From Camelus dromedarius (taxonomy: Eukaryota), in the NCBI RefSeq assembly GCF_036321535.1, contig NC_087462.1, forward strand, positions 186,001 through 250,000: a stretch of 64,000 nt of DNA. The letters run 5' to 3'. Below, one piece after another: positions 1 through 11,345 of the stretch. The notes under the pieces were generated by a model, which was given only the letters and a program-made list of their open reading frames with translations, was not told the origin of the DNA and did not search any database. Positions within the stretch are counted from its first letter, which is position 1. Every line of letters begins with the position of its first letter. A program made the position numbers and the translations under genes.

Positions 1-279
1 GGCTCCTCCTGCATTTCTAGGGAGCCCTGTCCGGCATCAGTCCAACTGAACTCTTGGGCCTCAGCGTCGCAGGCCCGCCGGCTCCTCCATCAGCAGCCTC
101 CTCGTCCCCCGCCAAGGCCTCAAGTGTTGTCGCCTCTGCACCAGGGAACGGACTGTCTCGGTCACCCCAGGACCCAGCCTCCCGGACCCGGGCTGGTCGA
201 TCCCCCTCCCCCTCCAGCCCCGCCCCAGGCAGGGCTGGCTGCTGGGAAACAAAGGGAGGGGGCCGGGCCCGGGCAGGTG

Positions 280-470
280 GGAAAGAGGGGCGAGGCCACC
301 CGGAGCCGGATCGATAAATCAGAGGGTGAGATCACTGCGCTGCCGCCGCCCGCAGACCCCGGGAGGAGGCGGTGATGGGGGCGGGGGGGAGGCGGGGCGC
401 GCGCTGCCGTGATTGGCCCGCGGGCGGGGCTCGGGGCGGTGCTGCTGTCCGACGCCTCGAGCCTCAGGCC
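280..470 (-). promoter_or_regulatory. CpG-rich promoter-like region, probably upstream of SHC2 (SHC2 coding sequence lies left of the window)
   Basis: CpG-dense, GC boxes (GGGGCGGGG) and an ATTGG (CCAAT on - strand) near 412-416. In human, SHC2 starts about 2 kb beyond the ODF3L2 3' end on the same strand (recalled synteny). No SHC2 coding sequence recognised. Confidence 0.45.
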
Positions 471-715
471 TCGGGAGCTATTGTGCCTCGGCGGTCCGGG
501 CTGCAGAGGGCGTGGCCTTGGGGGTCAGCGGTGGGGGGTGACTTTTGTCGGGGTCTGGAGCCCCCATCTGGACTCGTGCGTGTTCTCTGTCTCTGTTGTG
601 GGCTCCAAACATGGGGACTGTGTGTGGGTTGGGTTGTGTGTATATTGTGCGCGGATGAGACCGTGTGTGAAAGAGGAGGGAATTTCGGCTCAGCTCTGTG
701 TGTGTGTGTGTGTAT

Positions 716-875
716 TTGTAGAGGTCCTGTTGTGTGTCCAGGTGTGTGTGTAGGGGGTCCCGGTGTGTGTCCAGGTGTGTGTGTAGAGGTCCTGGTGCAT
801 GTCCAGATGTGTTTGTAGGGGGTCCTGGTGTGTCCAGATGTGTGTATGTAGGGGGTCCTGGTGTGTATCCACCTA
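716..875. repeat. Minisatellite, ~32-33 bp unit x5 (GTAGRGGGTCCYGGTGTGTGTCCAGRTGTGTGT-like)
   Basis: Units start near 718, 750, 783, 815 and 848; flanked by TG runs. Confidence 0.85.
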
Positions 876-1602
876 GTCTGGTGAAGGGGGTGTGTCCACG
901 TTTGGCACCCCCCAGGCTAGGGAAGAGGGCAGTAGGAGGGAGCTGACAGCCACCCAGGACCCTTCTGGGTCCCATGTGCTGTGCTGCCCCTGGGGCCATC
1001 TCCTCCAAGGAGCTGTGGCATAGTCTGTCTTTCCCAGGCTCCATGGTTAGGGCCCTTCTGGGCCTTGGGGTTTATAAGGTGTCTTCACACGAAGGGGTCC
1101 CTTATGTGACATCCTCCAGTTGTTTCCTTCCTGTCCCTGTGACAGAACAAAGGCCAGGGTTTCCATCCCAGTATCAGAAGGGCACTGGCCTTCATGGCGT
1201 GCCCTCGGACAGGCGTCCAGTCTCCCTGAGCCCTCCTTTCCCCCTCCATAGACTTGACTGCCTCTTGAGTTGCTGTGAGGCTTCGACGATCTTTATCAAT
1301 ATCTGGAACACAGCAGGCACCTACTGATGGCAGGCATTAGACTACATCCAATTCCTATACATCCTTCAAAGCCCAGCTTCAGTGGCCCCTCTTCCAGGAA
1401 GCCTACCTGGCAGGCTTCCCCACTCAAAGCCCTGGCTCCACCTCTGGTCTCCTCCAGCCCTGGGCCCCTTCTCTGGTCCCATCCAGATCCCTACGGACTG
1501 CAGGGTTGGGGGTCTGGATCTTGAGAGCTGCATTCAGGGTTCTCTCCTGTGACGTCAACAGACAAAGCGTGTGTGCTGTGACAGTTCTCGGTGCCGTGGA
1601 GA

Positions 1603-1608
1603 TTTATT
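1603..1608 (-). terminator. CIMAP1D: Poly(A) signal AATAAA of CIMAP1D/ODF3L2
   Basis: TTTATT on + strand, about 450 nt past the stop codon at 2061. Confidence 0.65.
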
Positions 1609-2060
1609 GGCCAGCAGCTAGAGGATGGGGCTGAGACCAGGGCTGTGCTTCCGTGAGGAGCTGGGATGAGCCCAAGTTTGGCAGAAACCCAAGCTGCGCT
1701 GAGGACCCAGGCCCTGGTGAGCGGATGCTGAGTTCTAGGACACAGGAAGCTGCATCTCCAGCCAGCAGCTGGGGAAGGCCAAAGTGTCCCTTCTTCCACC
1801 TGGCCTGGCCTGGAGTGACCCAGAGAGGAGAAACTGGGACGCTGGAAGGAGGCTCACCCTGTCGGGGCCAAGGGGTCACATCCCCCGGGGACTGGAGAAG
1901 CGGGTGGCCTAGAAGGACCTCAGACAGTTCAGAAAAGAACTGTCCCCAGTCCCCCAGCTGAAGCCAGGCCCAGGAGGGGCTGCCCACACTGCACTTCAAA
2001 GCATGGAACACTGAGGCTCTCAGCCCAGAAGCAAGCCAGGCATCCTGTCCCCTGAAGGCA

Positions 2061-2545
2061 TCAGGCTGTGGTGTCGGCGGCCATGGTGGTGGCCCGTTTG
2101 GAGTGGCGGATGCCCATGGTGAAGGCCGGGGCCCTGGCCTTGGTCACAGTGACCTGCTCGGGGCTGTGGGTGCCCGGGCCGGGCGTCTCCTCCGGGGGGC
2201 GCGGGGCTCGGGGCCGCCCCAGCATGGTGAAAGCGGGCCGGCGCTGGCGGTACATGTTGGGGTCTGGGCTGTCGTACTGGCCAGGGCCTGGCATCTCAGC
2301 AGGGTCCTGCGGGGGGCGGGCAGCGGGCATGCGGCCCACCACCGTGTAACTGGGGCTGCTGGGCTTGATGGAGATCTGGGAGCCCCAGAGGGAAGGCAGG
2401 GTGTAGGTGTTAGGGGCAGGGGCTGAGTTGTCCATGGGCTGTGGGCGGAGGCGGGAGCCCAGGGTGAAAGCTGGGGGGGTCCGCTGGCGCACAGGAGCCA
2501 CCTTCTCTGGGCTGTAGGCCCCAGGGCCCGGCGTCACCTCCAGAC
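2061..2545 (-). CDS. CIMAP1D: CIMAP1D coding exon 4 (last)
   Basis: Acceptor CTCTCACAG|, TGA at 2063-2061. Confidence 0.93.
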
Positions 2546-5500
2546 CTGTGAGAGTCGGGCAGGAGAGTTGGCATTGGCAGAGTCCTTACCCCCTCGAAGA
2601 CCTCGCACGGCTCCCATGGCCATGTGCATCGTGGAGCTCGCAGCAGCCCTGAGGTGTTTCTTCTTCCCCGACCCCTCTCTGTTCTCTTCCAAGCCTCCAG
2701 CCTTTGCCCAAGTTCAGCCCCCTGCCAGGCATGCCTCCTGTTTCCCATTCCAACCTCCCAACTTCTGCTTCTCATCCTTTAAGATGGCCCCAAAGTCCCC
2801 ACCCTCTGCTGCCTTCCCCACACCCTCCTTTTGGCAGAGCCCCACAGTCCTTCCCAGGATCCCCCTGGTGTGGGTCTGTCCCCCTCTCCAGACATAGCCA
2901 CACTGGGGTGGGATGGTCCCCAGTTGGGTCTAACTCCACCACTGGACTGGGGTGTCACAAAAAGCAATGACATGTCAAATCTACTTCAACTCCCAGCAGT
3001 TGGCTTGATACATGTTTGAGTGAATGGGTGAGTAGAAGGATGGGTGGTGAGTGAATGAGTAGATGATGGATTCATGAATATGTAGATGGATTGATAGATG
3101 GATCCCGGATGGATGGATGGATGGATGGATAATGGATGGGTGGGTGGATGGATGGGTGGATGGGTGGGTGGATGGATGGATTGATGGGTGGATGGATTAA
3201 TGGCTGGACTGGGTGTTGAATAGGGTAGTTTGGTAAGGGGATACATGGATGAATGGATGAATGATTGAATTGGTGGGTCCCTGGGTGATAGGTCAAAAGA
3301 TGAAAGGGTGAGTGGAAATGGGAGGCTTGAATCGGGTAATTAAATCTGGTGCTTTAGGGGAATGGGCACTGCCTGGAGCCTGTGGAGGGGATTGCTGGTT
3401 TGCCACAGTCCCCAGTGCTCCCTTTGCCGAGGATGAGCCCCAGCTGCCTTCGTGGTACCATGTGTGGACAGGTCACCATCACCATGGCCCACTTCCCCCA
3501 TTCAGGTACTCTCAGGGCCCTTGGCCCCTCTGCTGAGGCATTGGATTTTGTCACTCCAAAGACATGGAAGTCCTAAAGACTCGGGGATGGGAGGGGAGGA
3601 GAGGACAGAGGCACAAGAGTCGCTAAGACCCCAAAAGGGCAGATCCTGGTGGGGCAGTACAGGTCAGATACTCACCCCGAGACTTGCCCCGGCCCTGCAT
3701 GGAGTAGGCAGGGGTGCAGCTTCGGCCAAAGCGGGTGACTTTCGGGTCCAGGAAGTAGACTGGCCCCGGGCTGGTCTCCTGCGGAGATACTGGGAGAGAA
3801 GCCCAGGGTCCTGAGGGCCCCACTTGGTGCCCCTGGTTAACCCTGAGGCACTTCCACCTCCCCCCCAGACACCTCCCCCCCCCGCCGCCCTCTCTGGGAG
3901 GGCAGGGACTCAGCTCACTGACCTGGGGCCCCAGGTCTCTTCTTGACTTTGTCTGGATAAGCGTTGCTCTGTCCTCACAACCCCAGCTATCCTGTGGCTC
4001 TGTCCCGCCACCCTCTCCTGTGCCAGTGGCTGGGGAACCAGCTCGTGGGCCGTTAGAACTGCGCCTGGAGCTAGAGGAACCAGGCCCTGAGTAAGCGGCC
4101 AAGGAGCGCCCTTTCAGTGCTGGGGCCTGTCAGGAGTTGGGCCTCTGTGAGCCGGGTCCTTGGGCGGGCTGCATGGCATAAGCCGCCTCCTCTTCCCCAC
4201 TGAAGGGGGTGGGCCAGTGGTGAACGTCATAACTGGGACCAATTACCACGACTGTCACTGCTGCTGTTTACACACACTCCAGTGCCAGTGCACACATCTG
4301 AGTCTAGGAGGTTTACGTGCTCTGTGTGTGCGTGTGCACACATGACACTGTGCACGTGCGTGAAGCATGCTCGTGGCAAACGAGCCTACCCCAACTCATG
4401 CCACTTCCCATCTCAAGGCCTTTGTCTGTGCTGCAAGCTCTGCCTGGAGTCCCCATCTTCTCAGAGGGGCTCCACCGAACTCCTACTCATCCTACAAAGT
4501 CCAGACCTCATGACTCTACCTCCAAGAAGGCTTCACTTGGGGTTCTGCAAAGTCTACACTAACAGCCACTAACTACCCCCACCTCCCTAGGCTGTCTGTC
4601 CCTCTGTCCCAGAATAAGAAGCTAGGAACCCAGGCCAGCCTCCCCAGTGACAGTGACTGTGGTGCTGATTCCTTCATTTGTCTTCTGGGCCCCTCCCAGC
4701 TTCCCCGGTTTTCTCACAGTTTGTTTTGGGATTGTGGCTGATTCTGAAGGCGGGGAAGAGGCTGCACCTCCCAACAAGCTTCTGTCCACACAAGTCAAAG
4801 TCCTCAATAGGAAGGGCTCTTCCTGCCCCCACCCGGCCCACGGGGACCCCCGAGCACTCTGCAAAGTGGGGTGAGGAGTGCCTGGGCATCGCAGCCTGTG
4901 AGCGCCCCCCTCTTCGGCTGCATACTCCAGGCCCTCTGCTCCTGAGCCCTGACTGGAGACCAGGCACCACTAATCCTGGCTTAATGACTGTCTCTAGGCA
5001 TCCACCCTGTCTTTAATTCTGACAATTTGGCAAGTATTGTGCCCTCATTGTTGACAGAAAGGGAAACTGAGACACAGCATGCCCCAGTCAAGCATCAAGC
5101 AATCTGCTAACGCACCACAAAACCACACACTGCTCTCCTTTCCCTAAGGAAACAGGGCCCAGAGAGGCACAGCCGCTTCCCTGAGGACACACAGCAGGTG
5201 TTGCCTCACATCACACATGCTCCTAGGTGGGAGAATGGAGGCTGGGAGGCCCCCTCTCCTGCCCCTCCGATCCCTCACCCACCCTGCCCCAGCCTTACCC
5301 TCGCTGGGCCTCCGGGAGAGTGAGTAGGCAGGACCTGACACCCTGGTGCAGTCGTGGTTGACGAAGCCGATAGTGGACGGTAGGACATACAAGCCCGGCC
5401 CAGAGCCTGCGACCAAAGCCTTCAGGTCATGACCCGGGGCCACACACCCTAAGAGATGGGGGGGATCCTGGGGCCCAGCCCCTAAGACCCCACCCAGGTA

Positions 5501-6340
5501 CCTGGCCACCCTCTATGGCAGAAGTTGGGGAGCAGAGGCTGCCTCCCCAGAGGGGGAAAGTGAGTGGCAGGGGCATTGTGAGTCAAACTGAGTCACAGGA
5601 AGGAGCTGCTGGCCAGCAGCCTCCCCCTCCCAGGGCACATGGGGACACGATCACAGGAGGGGTCACTGAGGTTGGACACAGAGATGTGGTCATGGGGGGC
5701 GGGTACTGAGGTCTGGACACAGAGAGGCGGTCAGAGCTATGATGCTTGGTGGCCCCTGTGAGAATGTTAGTGCCACAAGGGCATAAAGCCTGCATCCAGC
5801 TGCTTTGCTGCAGACAGAGAGGTGGGCCAGAGCCCTCAGCGAGCCCCACAGTCAGCGTCAGGGGGTGCTCGGCCCCCAGGACCCCAGTCTCCCCCCTCCG
5901 CCTGCAGGCTCCCGGCGGCTCAGTGCTTTCTCTCTGAGGTCTCATCGCCACTCAGTGCTGCGAGTGGGTCTTGCCTGTCGGTCTCCCCACAGGGACCCTG
6001 CTCCTCTGTCCACTGCTGCCCCTCTGCCCTCGAGGGGCGCCTGGCCGGTGAGACCCTCAGCCCATGCTGGGTAGAGGCATCCTCAGGAGCCCATGGGAGC
6101 ACCCCGGGCCTGCCCGTGCCACAGGGAGGAAGACTGAGGCTGGGGCTGGGCTCCTGCATGCAGCTGGGCTCCCCTACCTCCCCGGAGCCCAGGCCCCCTC
6201 GCCCCCCTACCGTTCTCCCAGGCGGCCAGCCTGCATGACCTCCGCAGGCCGGTGGTCTCTGGAACCTGGCACTCAGGGGCCCGCCGGCCTGGGGGTGCGG
6301 CTGTCAGCCGGGGTGTGGGGTCGCAGCTGAGGGTCCCCAT
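2061..6340 (-). CDS. CIMAP1D: Outer dense fiber 3-like 2 / ciliary microtubule-associated protein 1D, 278 aa; complement(join(2061..2545,3676..3789,5299..5406,6211..6340))
   Basis: Spliced frame [12 protein letters not shown]...[25 protein letters not shown].../[21 protein letters not shown].../[14 protein letters not shown]...MAADTTA*. Has repeated PGPGxY (STPGR/SHIPPO) motifs. All introns GT-AG and phase 1; 837 nt total. Confidence 0.95.
3020..3270. repeat. (GGAT/GGGT)n simple repeat in CIMAP1D intron 3
   Basis: Direct reading: ggatggatggatggatggat... Confidence 0.9.
3676..3789 (-). CDS. CIMAP1D: CIMAP1D coding exon 3
   Basis: Acceptor TTCTCTCCCAG|, donor G|GTGAGT; 114 nt. Confidence 0.93.
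5030..5110 (+). mobile_element. MIR SINE fragment (approx.)
   Basis: ccctcattgttgacagaaagggaaactgagacacag resembles the MIR core. Confidence 0.55.
5299..5406 (-). CDS. CIMAP1D: CIMAP1D coding exon 2
   Basis: Acceptor GTCGCAG|, donor G|GTAAGG; 108 nt. Confidence 0.93.
6211..6340 (-). CDS. CIMAP1D: CIMAP1D coding exon 1
   Basis: ATG at 6340; donor G|GTAGGG at 6210. Confidence 0.92.
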
Positions 6341-7367
6341 GGCAGGCAGCGGCCACACCTGGTGCGGGCTCTGGGCCGCAGGTCCCGGCACCGGCCCGGT
6401 CCTCATGCATCTGCCGGACTTGGCAGGGCCATGGGCTCACCACCCCCTCCCTGGGCGTCACAGATGGCCCCTTGTCCCCCAGCCCGGCATCGTGGGGCCC
6501 TGGCCCAAGCAGGCTGGTCGGCGGTCACTGGCCTGGAAGTGGGGCCGGGATCGAGTGTCAGCCAGGTGGCTGGACGGTCTGGGAAAGAATACGGTGTCAG
6601 CAGAGCAGGTCCCTCAGGAGCCGGCCAAGCTGGGCAGTCTAGGCCAGAGTGCGCCCCAGGGAGCTGGCACTGCCAACACGGCACCCACAGCCTGGCAGCG
6701 GGAGGGACTGGGCAGGTCGCGGGCGGCGCAGCCCCATTTCCACAGCTGGGGAAACTGAGGCATAGTACAAGTCCGCCACCCAGGGAGCTGCCACTCTGGG
6801 CCAAGAAGCGTTCCTTCCTCCCCTCCTTCCTTCATCCACTAAGGACCTACTGTGTGCTAGTTTCTGTTTGGGACGGTGGGAACATGACAAGAACAGATAG
6901 AGGAGGACCTGATGTTCCAGGAGGGGAGGGAGGAAATAAACAATAAACTTCTTGATGGGCACATAGTGTCAGAAGCCCCTAAATGTCCTGCAAACACAGG
7001 GCCGGGTGGGGAGTCCAGGACAGTGGTGCAGATTCAGGTGACTGTTGGCAGGACCCCTGCAGGGAGATGGGAAGGGACCCAGGTGCAGGACAAGGGGAGG
7101 GCCTGCCAATGCAGGAGTGAGAGCGGTGCTCAGGCAGTGGGGGCCCTCCAGGAGGACCCACTGCCTCCCAGAAGCCAACAGGGATTCGCTCCATCCTCGA
7201 GGATACATGGTGGAACAGAATTCGAAGTCCTGCCTCTTCCATGTACCCTTGTTTGTTGCTGTATTATCAGGCCCCTTCCCACAGCTTTTTTTGAGTTATA
7301 ATTCACACACCATACAACTCACTCCACAATGTAATTTTAATGCACGCTGTTTAAACATTTTCAATTC

Positions 7368-7497
7368 TTTTTTTTTTTTTTTTTGGTGGGGGAGGTAATT
7401 ATTTATCTATCTATATTTGGAGGAGGGGCTGGGGATTGAACCCAGGACCTCGTGCATGCTAAGCATGCACTCTACCACTTGAGCTATATCCTCCCCT
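7368..7497 (-). mobile_element. tRNA-Ala(AGC)-derived SINE (camelid Vic-1-like)
   Basis: Reverse complement GGGGAGGATATAGCTCAAGTGGTAGAGTGCATGCTTAGCATGCACGAGGTCCTGGGTTCAATCCCCAG, then TAATTACCTCCCCC and poly(A). Confidence 0.88.
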
Positions 7498-7509
7498 CTA
7501 TAAACTTTT

Positions 7510-7780
7510 AAATCAAAATGTTATCATCTGTGTAAAAGGTCATAAAACAAGTCTTAAATACTTCTATTGGAAAAGAAGAAAGATCTTAAAATCAATGACC
7601 TAAGGTTTCACCTAAAGAAACTAGAAAAACAACTAAGTGGAAAGAGTTAAAAAAAAAAAAGTAGAATTGCATGAACTATAAGACTGTGCAAAGAATTATC
7701 AAAGTCCCCCACCCCCAGGTGGTTCTTTAAAATGATCAACAGACTTGATAAGCCCCCAGCTGGACTGGTCAAGAAACCAG
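7510..7780 (+). mobile_element. Old L1 ORF2 fragment (approx.)
   Basis: A-rich segment aaaatcaatgacctaaggtttcacctaaagaaactagaaaa...gatcaacagacttgataagccc resembles L1M ORF2. Confidence 0.6.
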
Positions 7781-8412
7781 TGAGGCCAGTAAATCACAGC
7801 AGCAGCAGCGGAGGGAGGTTACCACCGCAGAGCCACATGCGCAAGGGTCGCGTGGGCCACGTGACGCCGCAGGCAGATGAAGGCCTTCTGCTGAGTATTT
7901 ACTCCGCCCTGATCATTTTCTGTGCCCGCCCCGTCTTGTGTAATTGTCCCAGCGTCTCATCAGAGAGGTGCTGTCGCTAACCTGCCTCTGTGGTTACAGA
8001 CAGGGAAACTGAGGACCGGGGAGGGGGGTGTTGGCACAGGATCCTCTGACTTGGGTTTTAGGTCAAAGCTGACGATCAAGGGCTTCTCCCAGGTTCCAAC
8101 TCCAGCTCAGCCTTCTGAGAGTGCTGGAGCTCCTCTGTGAGTTCCCGTTACCCTAGGATAAAACCCAAGCCCTCACTGTGCCTGCCGCAAAACCCTGCCC
8201 GGCCTGGTCCCCACTTTCCCTCTGCTCTCCAATCCCCTAACCCTTGTGCATGGCACCGTGTCTTCCTACTCCTTGGGGTGGGAACCTCAGGGCCTTTACC
8301 TGCCCTCTCTCCACCTGGGATGCACTTTTCTACAGCCCAGCCCACAGCTGGCTCCATCGTCAGTCACCTGTGGGCCCTGACTCTGGACAAGCCCTTGCTT
8401 CCTTCCAGAAGG

Positions 8413-8531
8413 GCAGGAGGGTATAGCTCAGTGGGTGCACGAGGTCCCAGGTCACTCCCCAATGCCTCCATTAAAGTCGATAAATAACCCTAAGTACCTC
8501 CCCCCAAAACCAAAACAAAAACCAAACAAAA
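8413..8531 (+). mobile_element. tRNA-derived SINE with internal deletion of the anticodon arm
   Basis: ggagggtatagctcagtgg[~19 nt missing]gtgcacgaggtccc...taagtacctccccccc plus a CAAAA tail. Confidence 0.8.
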
Positions 8532-10219
8532 CAGCAGAAGCAGCTCAACTCCAGATCCACGGACAGAACTGGTCACTGAGGAGCGGGTGAGAGACGGGCA
8601 CCCCACCTCTGTCCTCCTGCCCGACAGCGCCTCCCAGTGACCAACGCTGCACGCAAGTGCAGGAACCTGTGACCCCAGCCTGAAGTCGACCGAGGAGGGC
8701 CCGGGGCCAGCAGAGGAAGGAGGAGGCTCAGGCCCCGACCCCTCCCCAGGCCTGAGCCCCAGCCCAGGCTGCAGCAGCCAGCCACGGAGCGAAGACAGCT
8801 GGAGACACAGGTTCCACTGCCTCATTTCCCTGTGATGTTGGAAGGAGCAGCACTAACACGGGTGGCAGTGGGCTGGAGGGACAGACTAGAGGGGCAGCCT
8901 GAGAGCTCCTCCCACCCGCCACAGCCCGCCGTTTCCTCCACTGACAGCGCAGCTTCTGCAAATCACTTTCAGGCCAGAGCTCGTCACCTCCACCCAGCGA
9001 GCGGTATGTAATGAGATGCTGATTAACTCCAAGACCATGCAAACTAGCCGAGTTTGTGATCCAGCCTGACACACTGACAGCGGAGGGCCAATGAGAGAAC
9101 TAGGAAAAGGAAGCTCACTGCGGGACATGAGCAGGGGGCTTCTGGCCCAGCCACGTGAGGTCCAGCTGGAGTCCTTGCCTGGGAAGGGGCTTCGAGGCTG
9201 AGCCAATCACCCCGTCAATTCTAGCCCTTATCATAATTGTGAATTCAACCAGCATTCTGTTGTGTGCCAGGCACTACCAGGTACAGGGAAAACAAGGGTG
9301 AACAAAGCACATAAACCTCCTCCTTCACCTTCTGCTGAGAGAGACAGGCAAGTAAGTTCACAGACTTAAAGGTCAGTAGTGCCTTGGAGATTGCAGGGGA
9401 GGAAGGGGCTGGAGGTGTGGGGAGTGCATCTGGGGGACTCGCTGTTCCCCTAGAGCAGACACCTGAAGGAGGTGAGGGGAGAACCCAGCCCCGGGGACAG
9501 GTGGGGAGAGGGCACACCTGGCGGGGGGCACAGCAGGGGCAAAGGCCCTGGGGCAGCACTATGCCCGGTGGGCGGGAGAAACTTCGGGGAGGCCCGTGTT
9601 GGTTGGGGTGGAATAAGTGACGGGGAAAGAGGGAGGAGGTGACGGTGGGTCAGGCCGTGCAGGGCCCGGGGTGCGGGAGGCCTCAGACTCACCACCAGGA
9701 ACACGGAAGCCCTGGAGGGCGGTGGGCAGAGCAGGGACGAGCCCCATTGGTGCTCACAGGCGCCCTCTGGTGGCTATAGGGAGAACAGGCCTTGGGCAGC
9801 GCCGGGAGTCGGGGCAGAGGGGACTACGCGGCTCAGGGAGGGGCGAGGGGGGTGGATGGTGGCACAGGAAAGGTGGGAGGGGTGGTGGGGGGCAGATGGC
9901 AGGGAGGATGGGGACAATTGGGGGCCGAGGGGTGGTGGGGCCAGTCCAGCAGGGACGGAGGAGGGACAAGAAGCAGGTGGGTTCCGGTTGTATGTTAAAA
10001 CTAGAACAGGGTTTGCAGGCAGACAACGTGGGGAGGGAGGGAACTGGAGAGTCTCCAGGATTTGGTCTGAGCCCCTGAAAGGATGGAGTTGCCCTTACCT
10101 GGGGGGAGCAGGTGCAGGAGGGGCATGCTTTAGAAGATCATGAGTTCAGTTTTGGAATCGTGGCTTTGGGGCCCCGTGGGAGATGCATGGGGACACTGCT
10201 GGTCAGCCCGCTGTAGAGG

Positions 10220-10620
10220 GTGGGTCATCTGTCTGCCACACAACCAACCCCCCCAAAACACGGAGGCTTAAACCACATGTGTTGATTATCGCAGTTTCCC
10301 AGGGCCCGTGCAGCTGGGGCCTCCAGCTCAGGCTGCCTCACTGGTGTTGGCCAGGGCTGGGGCTCACGGGGAGGGTCAGCTGGGGAAGGTCTGCTTCCCA
10401 GCCCCTCTCGTTGCAGGATTTACTTCCTTGTGGTTGTAGGACTGGGGGCCACTGGCTCTCAGCTCCTGGCCATGTGGCCTACCCTGGCCTAGTTCTTCAC
10501 AGTCGGCTGAGGAGGACGTCAGGGTGGCAGTTATGGGGGCAGCTGTCTTCACTGAGAACCTGGCCCTTTCCCCTCTCCCAGCTTCCTCCATTTTTCCCGG
10601 ATCCATCTGTTCCTTCTTCA
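10220..10620. mobile_element. MLT1 (MaLR LTR) relic (approx.)
   Basis: ccccaaaacacggaggcttaaaccacatgtgttgattatcgcag...cagctcaggctgcctcac resembles MLT1. Confidence 0.55.
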
Positions 10621-10949
10621 GTTGCTGAACGGTATTACTGCTCCCAAAATTCACTGTCTCCCTTCCTGCCCTGAAGCCCATTCCGATACAACAACCAAAG
10701 AGCCTCCCAAAATCACAAGTTGCCCCCATCCTGCTCACAAAGCCCTCCCCTGGTTCCGTCTGTGCCACGAGTGAACCCACACTTCTAACTTTGCCTCTGG
10801 GTTCTGGCTACGAAGCCAGGGGCTGCACTTCTTGGGCACCTACTGTGTACCAGGCTCTGTGCTGGGGGTTGGGGACTCAGGGGCAACCAAGATGGCCCAC
10901 AAGAAACAGAATGCAAGCCACGTGTGTAACTCTGAGCTTTCTGGTGGCC

Positions 10950-11345
10950 ATGTCAAAAAAAGAAAACAAGAAAAATTAATTTTAATAATACATTTTATTT
11001 AAGCCAAAATATCCAAGATGTCATCATGTCAGCATACAAAGATTAGACACGGGGTATTTTACGTGCTTTTCTTCATGTTAAGTCTTCAAAATCAGGTTGT
11101 TCCGCATTCCCAGCACACCTCGGTCTGGACCAGCCACAGTTCAAACACTTGTGGCCGGACGTGGCCAGTGGCCGCTGTACTATACGGCGCAGATCTAGAG
11201 TGTTCTAGTCTAGAACCCATCCCCCAGTCCAGTGGTTCTCAACCTGGGCTGACTCTGCCCCCAGGGGACAATGGACAACATCCAGAGACATTTTTGGTTG
11301 CCAAGATGGGGGTGGGGAGCAGGGATGCAGTGTGGAGGAGGAATC
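10950..11345. mobile_element. MER3/MER33-like hAT relic followed by MER20 (from ~11230)
   Basis: aattaattttaataatacattttatttaagcc...; cagtggttctcaacctggg...cccaggggaca...ccagagacatttttggttg matches the recalled MER20 5' end. Confidence 0.7.

Noticed and set aside
1-450. SHC2 first coding exon
   Set aside because: No frame on the - strand resembles the recalled SHC2 N-terminus (MTQGPGG.../APTTFCALLPRM); only a promoter-like region is supported.
716-875. Regularly spaced ~32-bp repeats as a CRISPR array, and the THTWTH ORFs (478-1044, 690-872)
   Set aside because: Units are contiguous with no unique spacers, the DNA is mammalian, and the ORFs are translations of the minisatellite.
2986-3296. 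HPSIHP-repeat ORFs (also 44297-44543, 44855-45103)
   Set aside because: They are translations of (GGAT)n/(ATCC)n microsatellites.
6327-6345. RFX-like palindrome GTCCCCATGGCAGG over the CIMAP1D ATG
   Set aside because: Several mismatches to the X-box consensus, and explained by the Kozak/coding sequence.
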